Below, in pieces: positions 18,254 to 27,456 of a DNA stretch of 51,349 nt. The stretch is taken from positions 343,087 through 394,435 of the forward strand of contig JBFXLE010000001.1 of the NCBI GenBank assembly GCA_050173015.1. Direction: 5' to 3'. How positions within the stretch are numbered: position 1 is the first letter of the stretch; each line of letters begins with the position of its first letter. The position numbers were made by a program, and so were the translations under genes. The notes under the pieces were generated by a model that saw only the letters and a list, made by a program, of their open reading frames with translations, ran no database searches and had not been told where the DNA came from. The stretch comes from Calditrichaceae bacterium (GTDB lineage Bacteria > Calditrichota > Calditrichia > Calditrichales > JBFXGD01).

Positions 18254-18946
18254 ATGGAAGGAATTCAAGTCTCTACTGAGATTGCAGGTAGTCGGAATCA
18301 TATCTCCATTATAAAAGTTGGTGGATACATCGACACTACAACGTCATCTGAACTGGAGCGAGCACTGGATTCTCTTTTGAGACAAGGGCGGTTCTTCATT
18401 ATTGTTGATCTTGGTAATGTCGATTACATCAGTAGCGCGGGATGGGGGATATTTATCAGTGAGATCAAATCAATCAGAGAAAATGGCGGTGATTTAAAAT
18501 TAGTTCGCATGGTTCCTGATGTTTACGAAATATTTGAACTTCTGGAATTTCATCACATCCTTGATGTATATGATACTGTGGATGAAGCAATAAACAAATT
18601 TGAAATGCTGGAAGCCGCCGGAAAGTCGGTTGCAAAAGAAATCACACTTCCCAAAGCGCCTCAGCCGGCTCCAGCGCCACCAGCTCAAAGAACTGATGAC
18701 AGACGCGCGGAAAAGGTAGGCGTCGCCGAAGAACTTAATGAGATGAATCCGGCAGATCTGAGTATTTCGAGAAAGATACAACTCATTGTTAAGGAACAAC
18801 CTGGTTTTGGGGCGTATAAAATAAAAAAAGCCCTCAATACAGCAAAATTCGGTTATACCCGTATTGGCTGGTTTGAAGTACGCGCTGAGCTTGCGAAGAT
18901 GAGATTAAATAGCAAGTCGCGCAGATACGATTTTGCGACTTCCTGA
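18254..18946 (+). CDS. STAS anti-sigma-factor antagonist (RsbV/SpoIIAA-like) with Pro/Ala linker and C-terminal HTH-like domain
   Basis: Strong RBS AAGGAGG. STAS motifs GYIDTTT and IIVDLGNVDYISSAGWG, with Ser at the phospho-acceptor position. The C-terminal ~60 aa resemble part of the upstream protein. Confidence 0.9.
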   Translation: MEGIQVSTEIAGSRNHISIIKVGGYIDTTTSSELERALDSLLRQGRFFIIVDLGNVDYISSAGWGIFISEIKSIRENGGDLKLVRMVPDVYEIFELLEFHHILDVYDTVDEAINKFEMLEAAGKSVAKEITLPKAPQPAPAPPAQRTDDRRAEKVGVAEELNEMNPADLSISRKIQLIVKEQPGFGAYKIKKALNTAKFGYTRIGWFEVRAELAKMRLNSKSRRYDFATS

Positions 18947-18963
18947 GGAGAACGTGAATAAGT

Positions 18964-19464
18964 ATGATAACTATTATGGATGTTGGTCTGGTCATGACCA
19001 TCCTAATTTCAATTTTATCTAATTTTTATGGTTTGCCGGGAAATTCACTGCTTGCCGGGAGCAGCCTTGTTTATGGTATTTTTACCGGATTTGAATCTTT
19101 TTCGATAACATTTGTTCTGACCCTGTTTGCCATTGTTGTTCTTATTGAATTTCTGGAATTTCTGATTATCTCTCTGACCGCTAAAAAATACGGTGCGTCA
19201 AAGTGGGGAATAAGCGGCGGGATTGTTGGAGGGATACTGGGCGCGATAAGCGGTGCTTTTATAACACCGGTTCTTGGGGCGATTATAGGATCCATTGCAG
19301 GAGTATTTTTGGGCGCGTTTGCACTTGAATTTATCAGAACGACTAATTTAAGAGGCAGTTTGTATTCGGGTCTTGGAGCATTTTTAGGCAAACTCGGCGG
19401 GCTGTCAATAAAAGTTATAGGAACCGTTACCATGGCAATCATGGTCGTCTCAAAAATAATTTAA
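18964..19464 (+). CDS. DUF456-family membrane protein
   Basis: Hydrophobic and Gly-rich, with LPG, AKKYGASKWG..GGIVG.ILG and G..AGVFLGAFALE motifs typical of DUF456/YqgC. Confidence 0.85.
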   Translation: MITIMDVGLVMTILISILSNFYGLPGNSLLAGSSLVYGIFTGFESFSITFVLTLFAIVVLIEFLEFLIISLTAKKYGASKWGISGGIVGGILGAISGAFITPVLGAIIGSIAGVFLGAFALEFIRTTNLRGSLYSGLGAFLGKLGGLSIKVIGTVTMAIMVVSKII

Positions 19465-19527
19465 TTGTAAATAAAAGTTTAAAAGGTTAATTTTCCCGGA
19501 ATGAATGCTCATTTCGGGTTTTTTTTT

Positions 19528-20178
19528 ATGAATATAAAAATCGTCTACTTTTGTACATTTCTTTTCTGGTCTGTATCCTTAAGTCAATCTGTTACACCCG
19601 TGCGGATTCAGTACGGCGGGGGTGGGGACTGGTATGGTAACAAGACCACCTGGGTGAATATTCTCGAAAAGGTTAAGAATGATTATAGCCTTTCTGTCGG
19701 CGGCAGAGAGGTTTCTTTCCGAATTACCGATCCTGAATTCAGACAATACCCCATTGCCTACATCGCCGGTCATGGTAATATATTTTTCACAGACCAGGAA
19801 GCGGCCGCTCTTCGAATATATCTTACAGAGGGCGGATTCCTCTTTGCTGATGATGATTATGGGATGGACAGATCTTTTCGCAGAGAGATGAAAAAGGTAT
19901 TCCCAGAACTGAATTTTGTAAAATTACCTTTCTCGCACCCCATATATCACTTAAAATATCAGTTTGAAAATGGTTTGCCTAAAATTCATGAGCATGCGGG
20001 AGGTCCGCCCGCCGGCTATGGGTTGCTATATGAGGACAGACTGGTTTGTTTCTACAGCTTTAATACGGATCTCAGCGACGGTTGCGAAGATCCGGAAATT
20101 CATAATGATCCTCCGGAAATAAGGGCGAAGGCGCTCGAAATGGCGGTGAACATATTTATCTATGCTTTGTTAAATTAA
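19528..20178 (+). CDS. DUF4159 domain-containing exported protein
   Basis: Motifs YGGGGDWY, GHGNI.F, YL..GGFLFADDDYGMD, LPKIHEH and DLSDGCEDPEIHNDP. The ATG at 19528 gives a signal peptide (the ORF track starts at 19501). Confidence 0.85.
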   Translation: MNIKIVYFCTFLFWSVSLSQSVTPVRIQYGGGGDWYGNKTTWVNILEKVKNDYSLSVGGREVSFRITDPEFRQYPIAYIAGHGNIFFTDQEAAALRIYLTEGGFLFADDDYGMDRSFRREMKKVFPELNFVKLPFSHPIYHLKYQFENGLPKIHEHAGGPPAGYGLLYEDRLVCFYSFNTDLSDGCEDPEIHNDPPEIRAKALEMAVNIFIYALLN

Positions 20179-20182
20179 TCTA

Positions 20183-23100
20183 ATGACTAAAGAACAAAAA
20201 CTTCTTGAGGAAATATACCGGTTTGGAAAGAGAGCGCTGCTCTTTGAGTTAGCGGGTAAAGTGCTGTATATGTTCATCCTGCTGCTTGTATTCTGGATCA
20301 GTATCAGTCTTGCCGATAACGCATTCTATTTCTCGGCGATTACGCGTTGGGGATTATTGATTATCAATATTACCGTATTGGTATTTCTCGGTTATTCCTT
20401 CGTTTATAAACCGCTAAACAACTGGATGTCCCTGACATCATCATCGAATCTAACTCCGGTTGCAAAAATGCTGGGGAAGACATATCCGATGATTGCGGAT
20501 AAACTTGTCAATACCTATCAACTGATAACAAAGCCTGATGAATGGACATCAGAATCTCTGCGCAATGCCGCCATTGACAACTTTTTGAAGCGCTCGGAAA
20601 ATATTGATTTCAGCTCAAAGCTTAAATTGAAATCATATCTTCCTGGCCTAAGATTAGTTATTTCTATTTTGTTCAGCGCTTCTACAATTATTGGGTTTCA
20701 TTTTCATGATGTTAGCCGTTCAACCTTACGCTTGTTAAATCCCTCGAATGAGTATAAAGAAATCCCTCTATACAATTTTAATATAAAACCCGGGGATGTG
20801 AGTGTTGAAAAGGGGAATTCCATTGAAATCGAAGCAAACTATTCAGGACCGCCGCTTAAGGATCTGAGTCTTGTTCTGATGGAGCCGGGAGGAAGAAAAA
20901 TCGTGCGGTCTCTCCCTATGGTCATGGAAAACCATGTTTACCGCGCCGCATTACCGGATGTTAAACTACCTTTTGAATACAGGCTTGAAGGTGTTCCGGA
21001 AAATGAACGTCAATGGAGTGACCGTCTCATCTCGGAAAATTATTCCGTTGAAGTATTAGTGCCTCCGGAAATTTCCAGAATAGATATCCTTCTGACGCCT
21101 CCGGCATACAGCGGTCTCGATAAACAGTATATCGACAGAAACGTCGGTGATATATACGCTCTCGCAGGAACTATCGCAGAGATAAGCCTGGTGACTCAAA
21201 ACCCTGTTCTGGAAGGAAAGATTTATTTTAATTCAGGAGATTCCGTAAATCTTCGGGTGAGGGGAAATCATCTTGAAGGAAAATTTTTCGTAAATAAAAA
21301 TGACCGTTATTCGATCCGGTTAAAAGACAATCAGCATCTTTCCAATATTAATCCCATTGAATACACGGTAAAAATTATGCCCGATAATCCGCCCTGGGTT
21401 GAACTTGTTGAACCCGGAAAAGATATCGAGAGTCCTCTTGACGCCAGAATTCAATTGAAAATCGAAGCATCGGATGATTATGGAATTGGATACGCGTCTT
21501 TATTGTTTCGCTTTGTAAGAAATAATGATTCGTCTGCCGATACCCTCTGGTCAGAAATAAAGCTAAATTCAATAGATGGTAATCGCACCAATAAAGAATA
21601 TTACTACATTTGGGATTTTAATACGCTTCATCTCACATTTAATGACGGTATAAAATATTACGCTCTTGTAAAAGACAACAATGTTGTACGGGGCCCGGGA
21701 CTGGGCAAAAGTAAAATATATTACGTCAGATTTCCCTCGCTTGATGAACTATTTGACTCATTCGCTAAAACTGAACAGGAGAAAGTTGAAGATCTGGAAG
21801 AAGTTGCCAAAAAATCCGAAGATTTAAAAAAGACCCTTGAAGAAATTCACCGTGATCTTAAACGCGAGCAGAAAATGGACTGGGAGACAAAAGCGCAGAT
21901 TGAGAAGACATTAGCTGAGCAACAAAAATTACAAAAGAAACTTGAAGATATCCGGAATGAACTCGAAAAGATGATCGAAAAACTGGATCAAAACAATCTG
22001 ATCAGCCAGGATGTGCTTGAGAAATATATGGAATTGCAGGAATTATTCCGCGAGATAGCAACTCCGGAAATGATGGAGGCCATGCAGGAACTTCAGAAAG
22101 CGCTGGATCAGGCGAATCCAAACGAAATCCAAAGGGCCATGGAAAAATTTAATTTAAACCAGGAAGCCTTTAAGCAAAATGTGGAAAGAACCATTGAGTT
22201 ACTGAAACAGGTGCAATTGGAACAGAAAATGGATCAACTGGTTCAGCAGGCAAAAAATCTTTCTGAACAACAGGAAAAAATTAGCAAAGCATTGAATGAA
22301 GAGGAATTAAACCGTGATGCAATGGATCAATTAGAGACACAGCAGGCACAGCAGGAGGCCAGCTCCGAAGTGCTGGAACAGGGACTGGAAAAACTGGCCC
22401 GGGATCCGTCACTAAATCCTTTTCCGGAATTGATGGAAAATTTAGATTCGGCCGCGGATTTACTGAATGATCCGTCATTTAACAACAGCATGAATGAGAT
22501 GAAACAGAATCTGAGTCAGGGAGATCAGAACGCCGCTTCAGAAAAATCGAAAGATCTTCAGCAAACATTTCAACAGCTTCAGCATAGGTTGAGTTCTGCC
22601 AAAGACCAAATGCAAAACAAGCATAAAAATCAGATTATGAAGAAAATGTCAACGACAATAAGCAGAATGCTTCAACTTTCGCATGAGCAGGAAATTCTTA
22701 AACAACAGACAGAATCCGCGTCAAATCTGGGGACTGAAACACAGAATATCGCGCGCGAACAGGGACGGGTTTTGGAGAATTTTCAAAAAGTCATACACGA
22801 TATTATTCAGCTGTCCAAAGAAACCTTCTTTATCGGACCGGAATTGATTAAACCAATCGGAAACGCGCAATCCAGCATGCACAGAAGCCTGGACGCGCTG
22901 AGCGAAATGAGAAACAGCCAGGCGTCGGGTCAACAGCAGCAGGCAATGGCCGGGTTAAATGAAGGCATTGCTCAAATGCAGATGGCAATGTCACAACTGT
23001 CTAATTCGCAATCGGGAACAGGACTCGAGCAGTTTTTGGAGCAACTTCAACAAATGGCGGGCGCCCAGGGTCAGATCAATCAGGGATCGATGGGTTTGAT

Positions 23101-23578
23101 TCAGGGGCAGGGAAATCAGGGACAGTTCACTCCCGGACAACAGGCTGAAATGAGAAGACTTGCGGGCCAACAGCAGGCGCTTCGGGACGCATTGCAAAAA
23201 ATGAATGAGGAAACGGGTTCGCGCGGAGATGTTCTAGGCCGAATTGGCGAATTGGGTCAACAAATGGAAGAAGTCGTAAGGGATTTGTTAAAAGGAAACG
23301 CAGATAGAAAAACGATTGAACGCCAGCGTCAAATTTTATCGCGTCTTTTAGACGCCCAAAAATCCGTTCAGGAGCGTGAATATTCAAAGCAGCGAAAAGC
23401 AGAAAAGGCAAAAGACTATATAGCGAAAGATCCGCGGGAAATTGAGAATCAGGAAGATAAAAATCGAAAAGAAATCCTTGACGCGATGCGAAGAGCTTTA
23501 AATGAAGGGTATAATCCTGATTTTCAGAAACTCATCGAGGCGTATTTTAAATCCCTGAGTACAGCAGAAACAAAATAA
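20183..23578 (+). CDS. DUF4175-family membrane-anchored protein with Ig-like domains and long Gln/Glu-rich coiled coil
   Basis: Three N-terminal TM segments. Motifs PPAYSGL, PDNPP.V.L..P, ASDDYGI and YYALVKDNN. The QQ-rich helical C-terminus ends YQ/FQKLIEAYFKSL-type. Confidence 0.8.
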   Translation: MTKEQKLLEEIYRFGKRALLFELAGKVLYMFILLLVFWISISLADNAFYFSAITRWGLLIINITVLVFLGYSFVYKPLNNWMSLTSSSNLTPVAKMLGKTYPMIADKLVNTYQLITKPDEWTSESLRNAAIDNFLKRSENIDFSSKLKLKSYLPGLRLVISILFSASTIIGFHFHDVSRSTLRLLNPSNEYKEIPLYNFNIKPGDVSVEKGNSIEIEANYSGPPLKDLSLVLMEPGGRKIVRSLPMVMENHVYRAALPDVKLPFEYRLEGVPENERQWSDRLISENYSVEVLVPPEISRIDILLTPPAYSGLDKQYIDRNVGDIYALAGTIAEISLVTQNPVLEGKIYFNSGDSVNLRVRGNHLEGKFFVNKNDRYSIRLKDNQHLSNINPIEYTVKIMPDNPPWVELVEPGKDIESPLDARIQLKIEASDDYGIGYASLLFRFVRNNDSSADTLWSEIKLNSIDGNRTNKEYYYIWDFNTLHLTFNDGIKYYALVKDNNVVRGPGLGKSKIYYVRFPSLDELFDSFAKTEQEKVEDLEEVAKKSEDLKKTLEEIHRDLKREQKMDWETKAQIEKTLAEQQKLQKKLEDIRNELEKMIEKLDQNNLISQDVLEKYMELQELFREIATPEMMEAMQELQKALDQANPNEIQRAMEKFNLNQEAFKQNVERTIELLKQVQLEQKMDQLVQQAKNLSEQQEKISKALNEEELNRDAMDQLETQQAQQEASSEVLEQGLEKLARDPSLNPFPELMENLDSAADLLNDPSFNNSMNEMKQNLSQGDQNAASEKSKDLQQTFQQLQHRLSSAKDQMQNKHKNQIMKKMSTTISRMLQLSHEQEILKQQTESASNLGTETQNIAREQGRVLENFQKVIHDIIQLSKETFFIGPELIKPIGNAQSSMHRSLDALSEMRNSQASGQQQQAMAGLNEGIAQMQMAMSQLSNSQSGTGLEQFLEQLQQMAGAQGQINQGSMGLIQGQGNQGQFTPGQQAEMRRLAGQQQALRDALQKMNEETGSRGDVLGRIGELGQQMEEVVRDLLKGNADRKTIERQRQILSRLLDAQKSVQEREYSKQRKAEKAKDYIAKDPREIENQEDKNRKEILDAMRRALNEGYNPDFQKLIEAYFKSLSTAETK

Positions 23579-23647
23579 TTCACTAATTAACCGATCCTAT
23601 CTTTTCTCTTGGTTGTATCATACCATATTTTTAAATAAATTGTTTTT

Positions 23648-26308
23648 ATGAAGTTAGCTCATTATAACCGACTCATAATTCTGTTTTTGTTTTTTTCCCT
23701 GATTGTACCGGAAATATCCAATTCATCCGGGGCGGATGAGTATATCTCAAAAAAGATAGAATTTTATAATAATAATCTAAAAATCGAATCATCAGGTAAT
23801 TACGAAAGAAGACTCAAAGTTGGTCTTGTTCTTAGCGGAGGCGGGGCAAGAGGTATAGCGCATATTGGTGTGCTCAAAGTCCTGGAGCAAAATAATATTC
23901 CCGTTGATTTAATCGTAGGAACCAGTATCGGCAGTGTGATTGGCGGTTTGTATGCGGCAGGATATTCACCCGACCAGATCGAGAGCATAACAAAGAAAAT
24001 TGACTGGCAGGATATCTATCGTGATGAAACTCAGAGATCCACACTTTTTCTGGGTCAAAAAGGAGAACAGGACAGGTATCTGATGTCGGTGCGTTTTAAA
24101 AACTACAGGCCATTCATTCCGACATCATTGTCACCCGGACAAAAAGTATTGAGCATCCTTTCGGATATATTTCTTAAAGCCCAATATCAGGCAAGAAATG
24201 ATTATAATAATTTACGGGTACCATTCCGGACGGTGGCAACAGATCTTATCAGCGGTGAACAGGTCGTTTTACGCAGCGGAAACCTCGCGGAGAGTATAAA
24301 TGCCTCGCTTGCCGTTCCTTTATTGTTCTCCCCTGTCATTAGGGACTCAATGCTGCTCGTCGATGGTGGGTTAAGATCAAATTTACCCGTCGATGTGGCA
24401 AAAGAAGCGGGTATGGATCTGGTGATTGCCGTTGACATCTCCGCGAAATTAAGATCTCCCGATCAAATGAAAGCCCCCTGGGAAATTGCAGATCAGGTTA
24501 CGACTATTATGACGGTGCTCGCAAAAAATCAGCAGAGGAAACAGGCCGATATCCTTATACAGCCGGCCCTCGATAATATAGCAAATACAGACTTTCTTAA
24601 TCTGGAAGATCTGATAAAAGCCGGCGCGGACGCCGCGGAATCTAAATTGCCGGAAATAAGAGCCCGGCTGGATAAAAATAGCGGTGAGAACGATCATTTC
24701 CTTATTGACAGTATAAAATTTGATTCTGAAGATAAAGCTATCCCCGTAAATATTTATGATAAATTAAAAATATATAAGAATCTGCCAATTTCCCGCGCGG
24801 ACATAGCGGCAGACATGGATTTATTGCTTCATACAGGCAGATATTGCCAGGCGACTGCCCAGCTGGACACATCTTTGCCGGAATATAAACTTCAGATTGA
24901 TTTTAAAAACTATTCGATTTTATCGGCAATAGAATTTAAAGGAAATTACCAAATCCCATCTGATGAGTTAAAGACTGTGATGCTTTTGAAAGCGGGCGTT
25001 CAACTCAATGCAATCATTCTCCAGGAGGATTTAAGCAGGATTGTTCAGCGTTACCGCGATAAAGGTTTCTCATTGATGAATATAAAAAAGACAATATTTG
25101 AAAGCGAAACAGGGCTTCTGCATATCGAAATTGACGAAGGATATATAAATAAAATACTGATAGAAGGTAATAAAAAGACAAAAAATTATGTAATACGCCG
25201 CGAATTTACGTTTAAAGAAGGTGATATATTTAACTGGGTTGTTATCCAAAGAGGCATTCAAAATGTATATGCTACCGGACTTTATGATAGGGTAAGTGTA
25301 GATATTGCCGGCACTCAGGGGCAAAATAATCTTATAATAAAAGTTGAAGAAAAAACATCGATCAGAATGCGTTTCGGCGGCAAATTTGATACCGAGCGAA
25401 AATCTCAGGCCTATGTAGAGTTCGGGGATGAAAATTTTTTTGGAGGCGGCATCAAGGCGAATCTGCTTTCGCGGATCGGCATGAGAGACGGATTGGTTGC
25501 TTTAAATATCAGAAATGACCGGATTTTTACCACATATCTCACTTTTACCCTGCAGGGTTACCATAGCTGGGAAATTAATCCAATAAATAACGAGACCAGT
25601 TTTGAGGGAAAATACAGAGAGGAAAGAACAGGAGTAAGATTTCAGATAGGTCAACAGCTCCGAAGGCTCGGCCAGCTTATTGCCGATTTACGAATAGAAA
25701 CCGCTACGGATGAGAGATATTCGGGAGTATTTAATCTGGATCAAACACTCGAATTAAGGACATTTGCAATCCGCTCAATCACAGACAAACGTGACCGGAT
25801 CAATTTTCCGACGAAGGGCATTTATAATCAATGGCTCTGGGAAACGGGAAGTAAAAAACTTCTGGACAGCGAAGAATCATATACTAAAGCGGCGGTCAAT
25901 CTGGAGAATTATTCTACCATATTAAAACGAAATACGTTTCATATGAAATTTATGATTGGTATCGGAGATGAGAGCACCCCGTTTTCTGAGAATTACCGAC
26001 TTGGCGGTTTGCATAGTTTTTACGGACTTCAGGAGAATGAATTTTACGGGAAACAAATTCTGCTTCTCAATCTTGAATACCGGTATAAAGCGCCCTTCAA
26101 AATATTAACAGATACCTATTTCTCGGTCAGATATGATTTTGGAGGGGTCTGGAGAGAAACAGATCTGATCTTCAGTTCCGATGATTTTTTCTCGGGTATC
26201 GGCAGCTATATCGCATTCGATACAGTATTGGGACCGCTTTATTTTGGCTGGGGGCAAATGAGTGAAGGCCGCTCGCAGGGGTATGTATCTTTAGGATTTG
26301 ATTTTTAA
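23648..26308 (+). CDS. Patatin-like phospholipase with POTRA domains and Omp85/BamA-type barrel (PlpD/type Vd-like)
   Basis: Patatin motifs LSGGGARGIAHIGV, GTSIG and DGG. POTRA motifs I.F.GN and IEGNKKTKNYVIRRE. The C-terminal barrel ends ...GYVSLGFDF. Confidence 0.9.
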   Translation: MKLAHYNRLIILFLFFSLIVPEISNSSGADEYISKKIEFYNNNLKIESSGNYERRLKVGLVLSGGGARGIAHIGVLKVLEQNNIPVDLIVGTSIGSVIGGLYAAGYSPDQIESITKKIDWQDIYRDETQRSTLFLGQKGEQDRYLMSVRFKNYRPFIPTSLSPGQKVLSILSDIFLKAQYQARNDYNNLRVPFRTVATDLISGEQVVLRSGNLAESINASLAVPLLFSPVIRDSMLLVDGGLRSNLPVDVAKEAGMDLVIAVDISAKLRSPDQMKAPWEIADQVTTIMTVLAKNQQRKQADILIQPALDNIANTDFLNLEDLIKAGADAAESKLPEIRARLDKNSGENDHFLIDSIKFDSEDKAIPVNIYDKLKIYKNLPISRADIAADMDLLLHTGRYCQATAQLDTSLPEYKLQIDFKNYSILSAIEFKGNYQIPSDELKTVMLLKAGVQLNAIILQEDLSRIVQRYRDKGFSLMNIKKTIFESETGLLHIEIDEGYINKILIEGNKKTKNYVIRREFTFKEGDIFNWVVIQRGIQNVYATGLYDRVSVDIAGTQGQNNLIIKVEEKTSIRMRFGGKFDTERKSQAYVEFGDENFFGGGIKANLLSRIGMRDGLVALNIRNDRIFTTYLTFTLQGYHSWEINPINNETSFEGKYREERTGVRFQIGQQLRRLGQLIADLRIETATDERYSGVFNLDQTLELRTFAIRSITDKRDRINFPTKGIYNQWLWETGSKKLLDSEESYTKAAVNLENYSTILKRNTFHMKFMIGIGDESTPFSENYRLGGLHSFYGLQENEFYGKQILLLNLEYRYKAPFKILTDTYFSVRYDFGGVWRETDLIFSSDDFFSGIGSYIAFDTVLGPLYFGWGQMSEGRSQGYVSLGFDF

Positions 26309-27373
26309 ATATCCAAATATCTTTTTATGCGCGTTATGGATAGGATAATTTTTTAAATTGACCCTTTTTTCCCATCTCCACTCCACATAATCATTTAATA
26401 ATGGTTCAGGTGACTCCGTTTTTATTGTCACAGGTACATACTTCAGCAAAATGTGGGTGTAAACATGCTGCAATTGTTCATGAATTTCTACTCTACTCCC
26501 GCGAATGCCATATTTTTTCATCAATATTTCCAGCATTCCGGATGAATTTAGATCGAATGAATTAACCGGGAGAATAGGCAGTTCCCACATGGATGCCAGC
26601 AAGCCCGTCGGTTTGCGTTTCATGATGAGGAGAGAACCATTGTTGACTATCAGAAAAACATATTGGAAGTGATTTTTTTTGCCGGTTCTCTTTGATTTAT
26701 AGGGAATATGACCGGTTGAACTGTTTTGATTGGCCAGACAAACAGATTGCAACGGGCAACTGCCGCAAGCGGGTGATACCGGCCTGCAAACTAAAGCTCC
26801 CAATTCCATCATCGCTTCATTGAATTTACCCGGGAATTGCGGATCAAGCAGCTGCCTGGAAATGGAATGGATCAACTTTTCAGTTGACGACTGACGAATA
26901 TCCCCGGTGATTTCAAAAAGACGTGAGATCACTCGTGTTACATTTCCGTCAACCACGGCGCGTGGCTGGTTGAATGCCAGTGATAGAATGGAGGAAGCTG
27001 TATAGGGACCGATTCCCGGAAGGGATAGAGCCTCATCGTAATGCATTGGAAAATTATCATTATGATTTTCATGTATTGAACGGGCGGCTTTAAGTAAGTT
27101 TTTTGCCCGAGCGTAATAGCCGAGTCCGGCCCACATGGTTAAAATCTCATGCTCGGTTGCCTCCGCAAGCGCTGTGATATCCGGAAATCGACCATAAAAT
27201 CTGTCATAATATGGCAGCGCCTGTTCGACCTGAGTTTGCTGTAGTAAAAATTCTGATAAGAAGGTTTTGTACCAGCTGTTATCTTTCCGCCACGGGAGTG
27301 GGCGGCCGTATTCATTAAACCATTTAATCAGGTTTAAGCGGATGGATTTTACGGTATTAAAATCTAAATTCAT
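26291..27373 (-). CDS. mutY: A/G-specific adenine DNA glycosylase
   Basis: Motifs LPWR, SEFLLQQTQV, WAGLGYYARA, LPGIGPYTA, VVDGNVTRV and the Fe-S motif CRPVSPACGSCPLQSVC. ATG at 27373 is preferred over TTG at 27394. Confidence 0.95.
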   Translation of the reverse strand: MNLDFNTVKSIRLNLIKWFNEYGRPLPWRKDNSWYKTFLSEFLLQQTQVEQALPYYDRFYGRFPDITALAEATEHEILTMWAGLGYYARAKNLLKAARSIHENHNDNFPMHYDEALSLPGIGPYTASSILSLAFNQPRAVVDGNVTRVISRLFEITGDIRQSSTEKLIHSISRQLLDPQFPGKFNEAMMELGALVCRPVSPACGSCPLQSVCLANQNSSTGHIPYKSKRTGKKNHFQYVFLIVNNGSLLIMKRKPTGLLASMWELPILPVNSFDLNSSGMLEILMKKYGIRGSRVEIHEQLQHVYTHILLKYVPVTIKTESPEPLLNDYVEWRWEKRVNLKNYPIHNAHKKIFGYLKIKS

Positions 27374-27456
27374 TGTTAGTTTAATTTTATACAATAAACC
27401 GGGTATAATTAAACGGGCAATGCCCCCGGTTTTTTCCGGTTTCTTGTTTCGCTAAT

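Noticed and set aside
27396-27443. Inverted repeats (AAACCGGG...CCCGGTTT) between phoH and mutY
   Set aside because: The stem is irregular and lacks a convincing U-tract on the coding (minus) strand, so it was not called a terminator.
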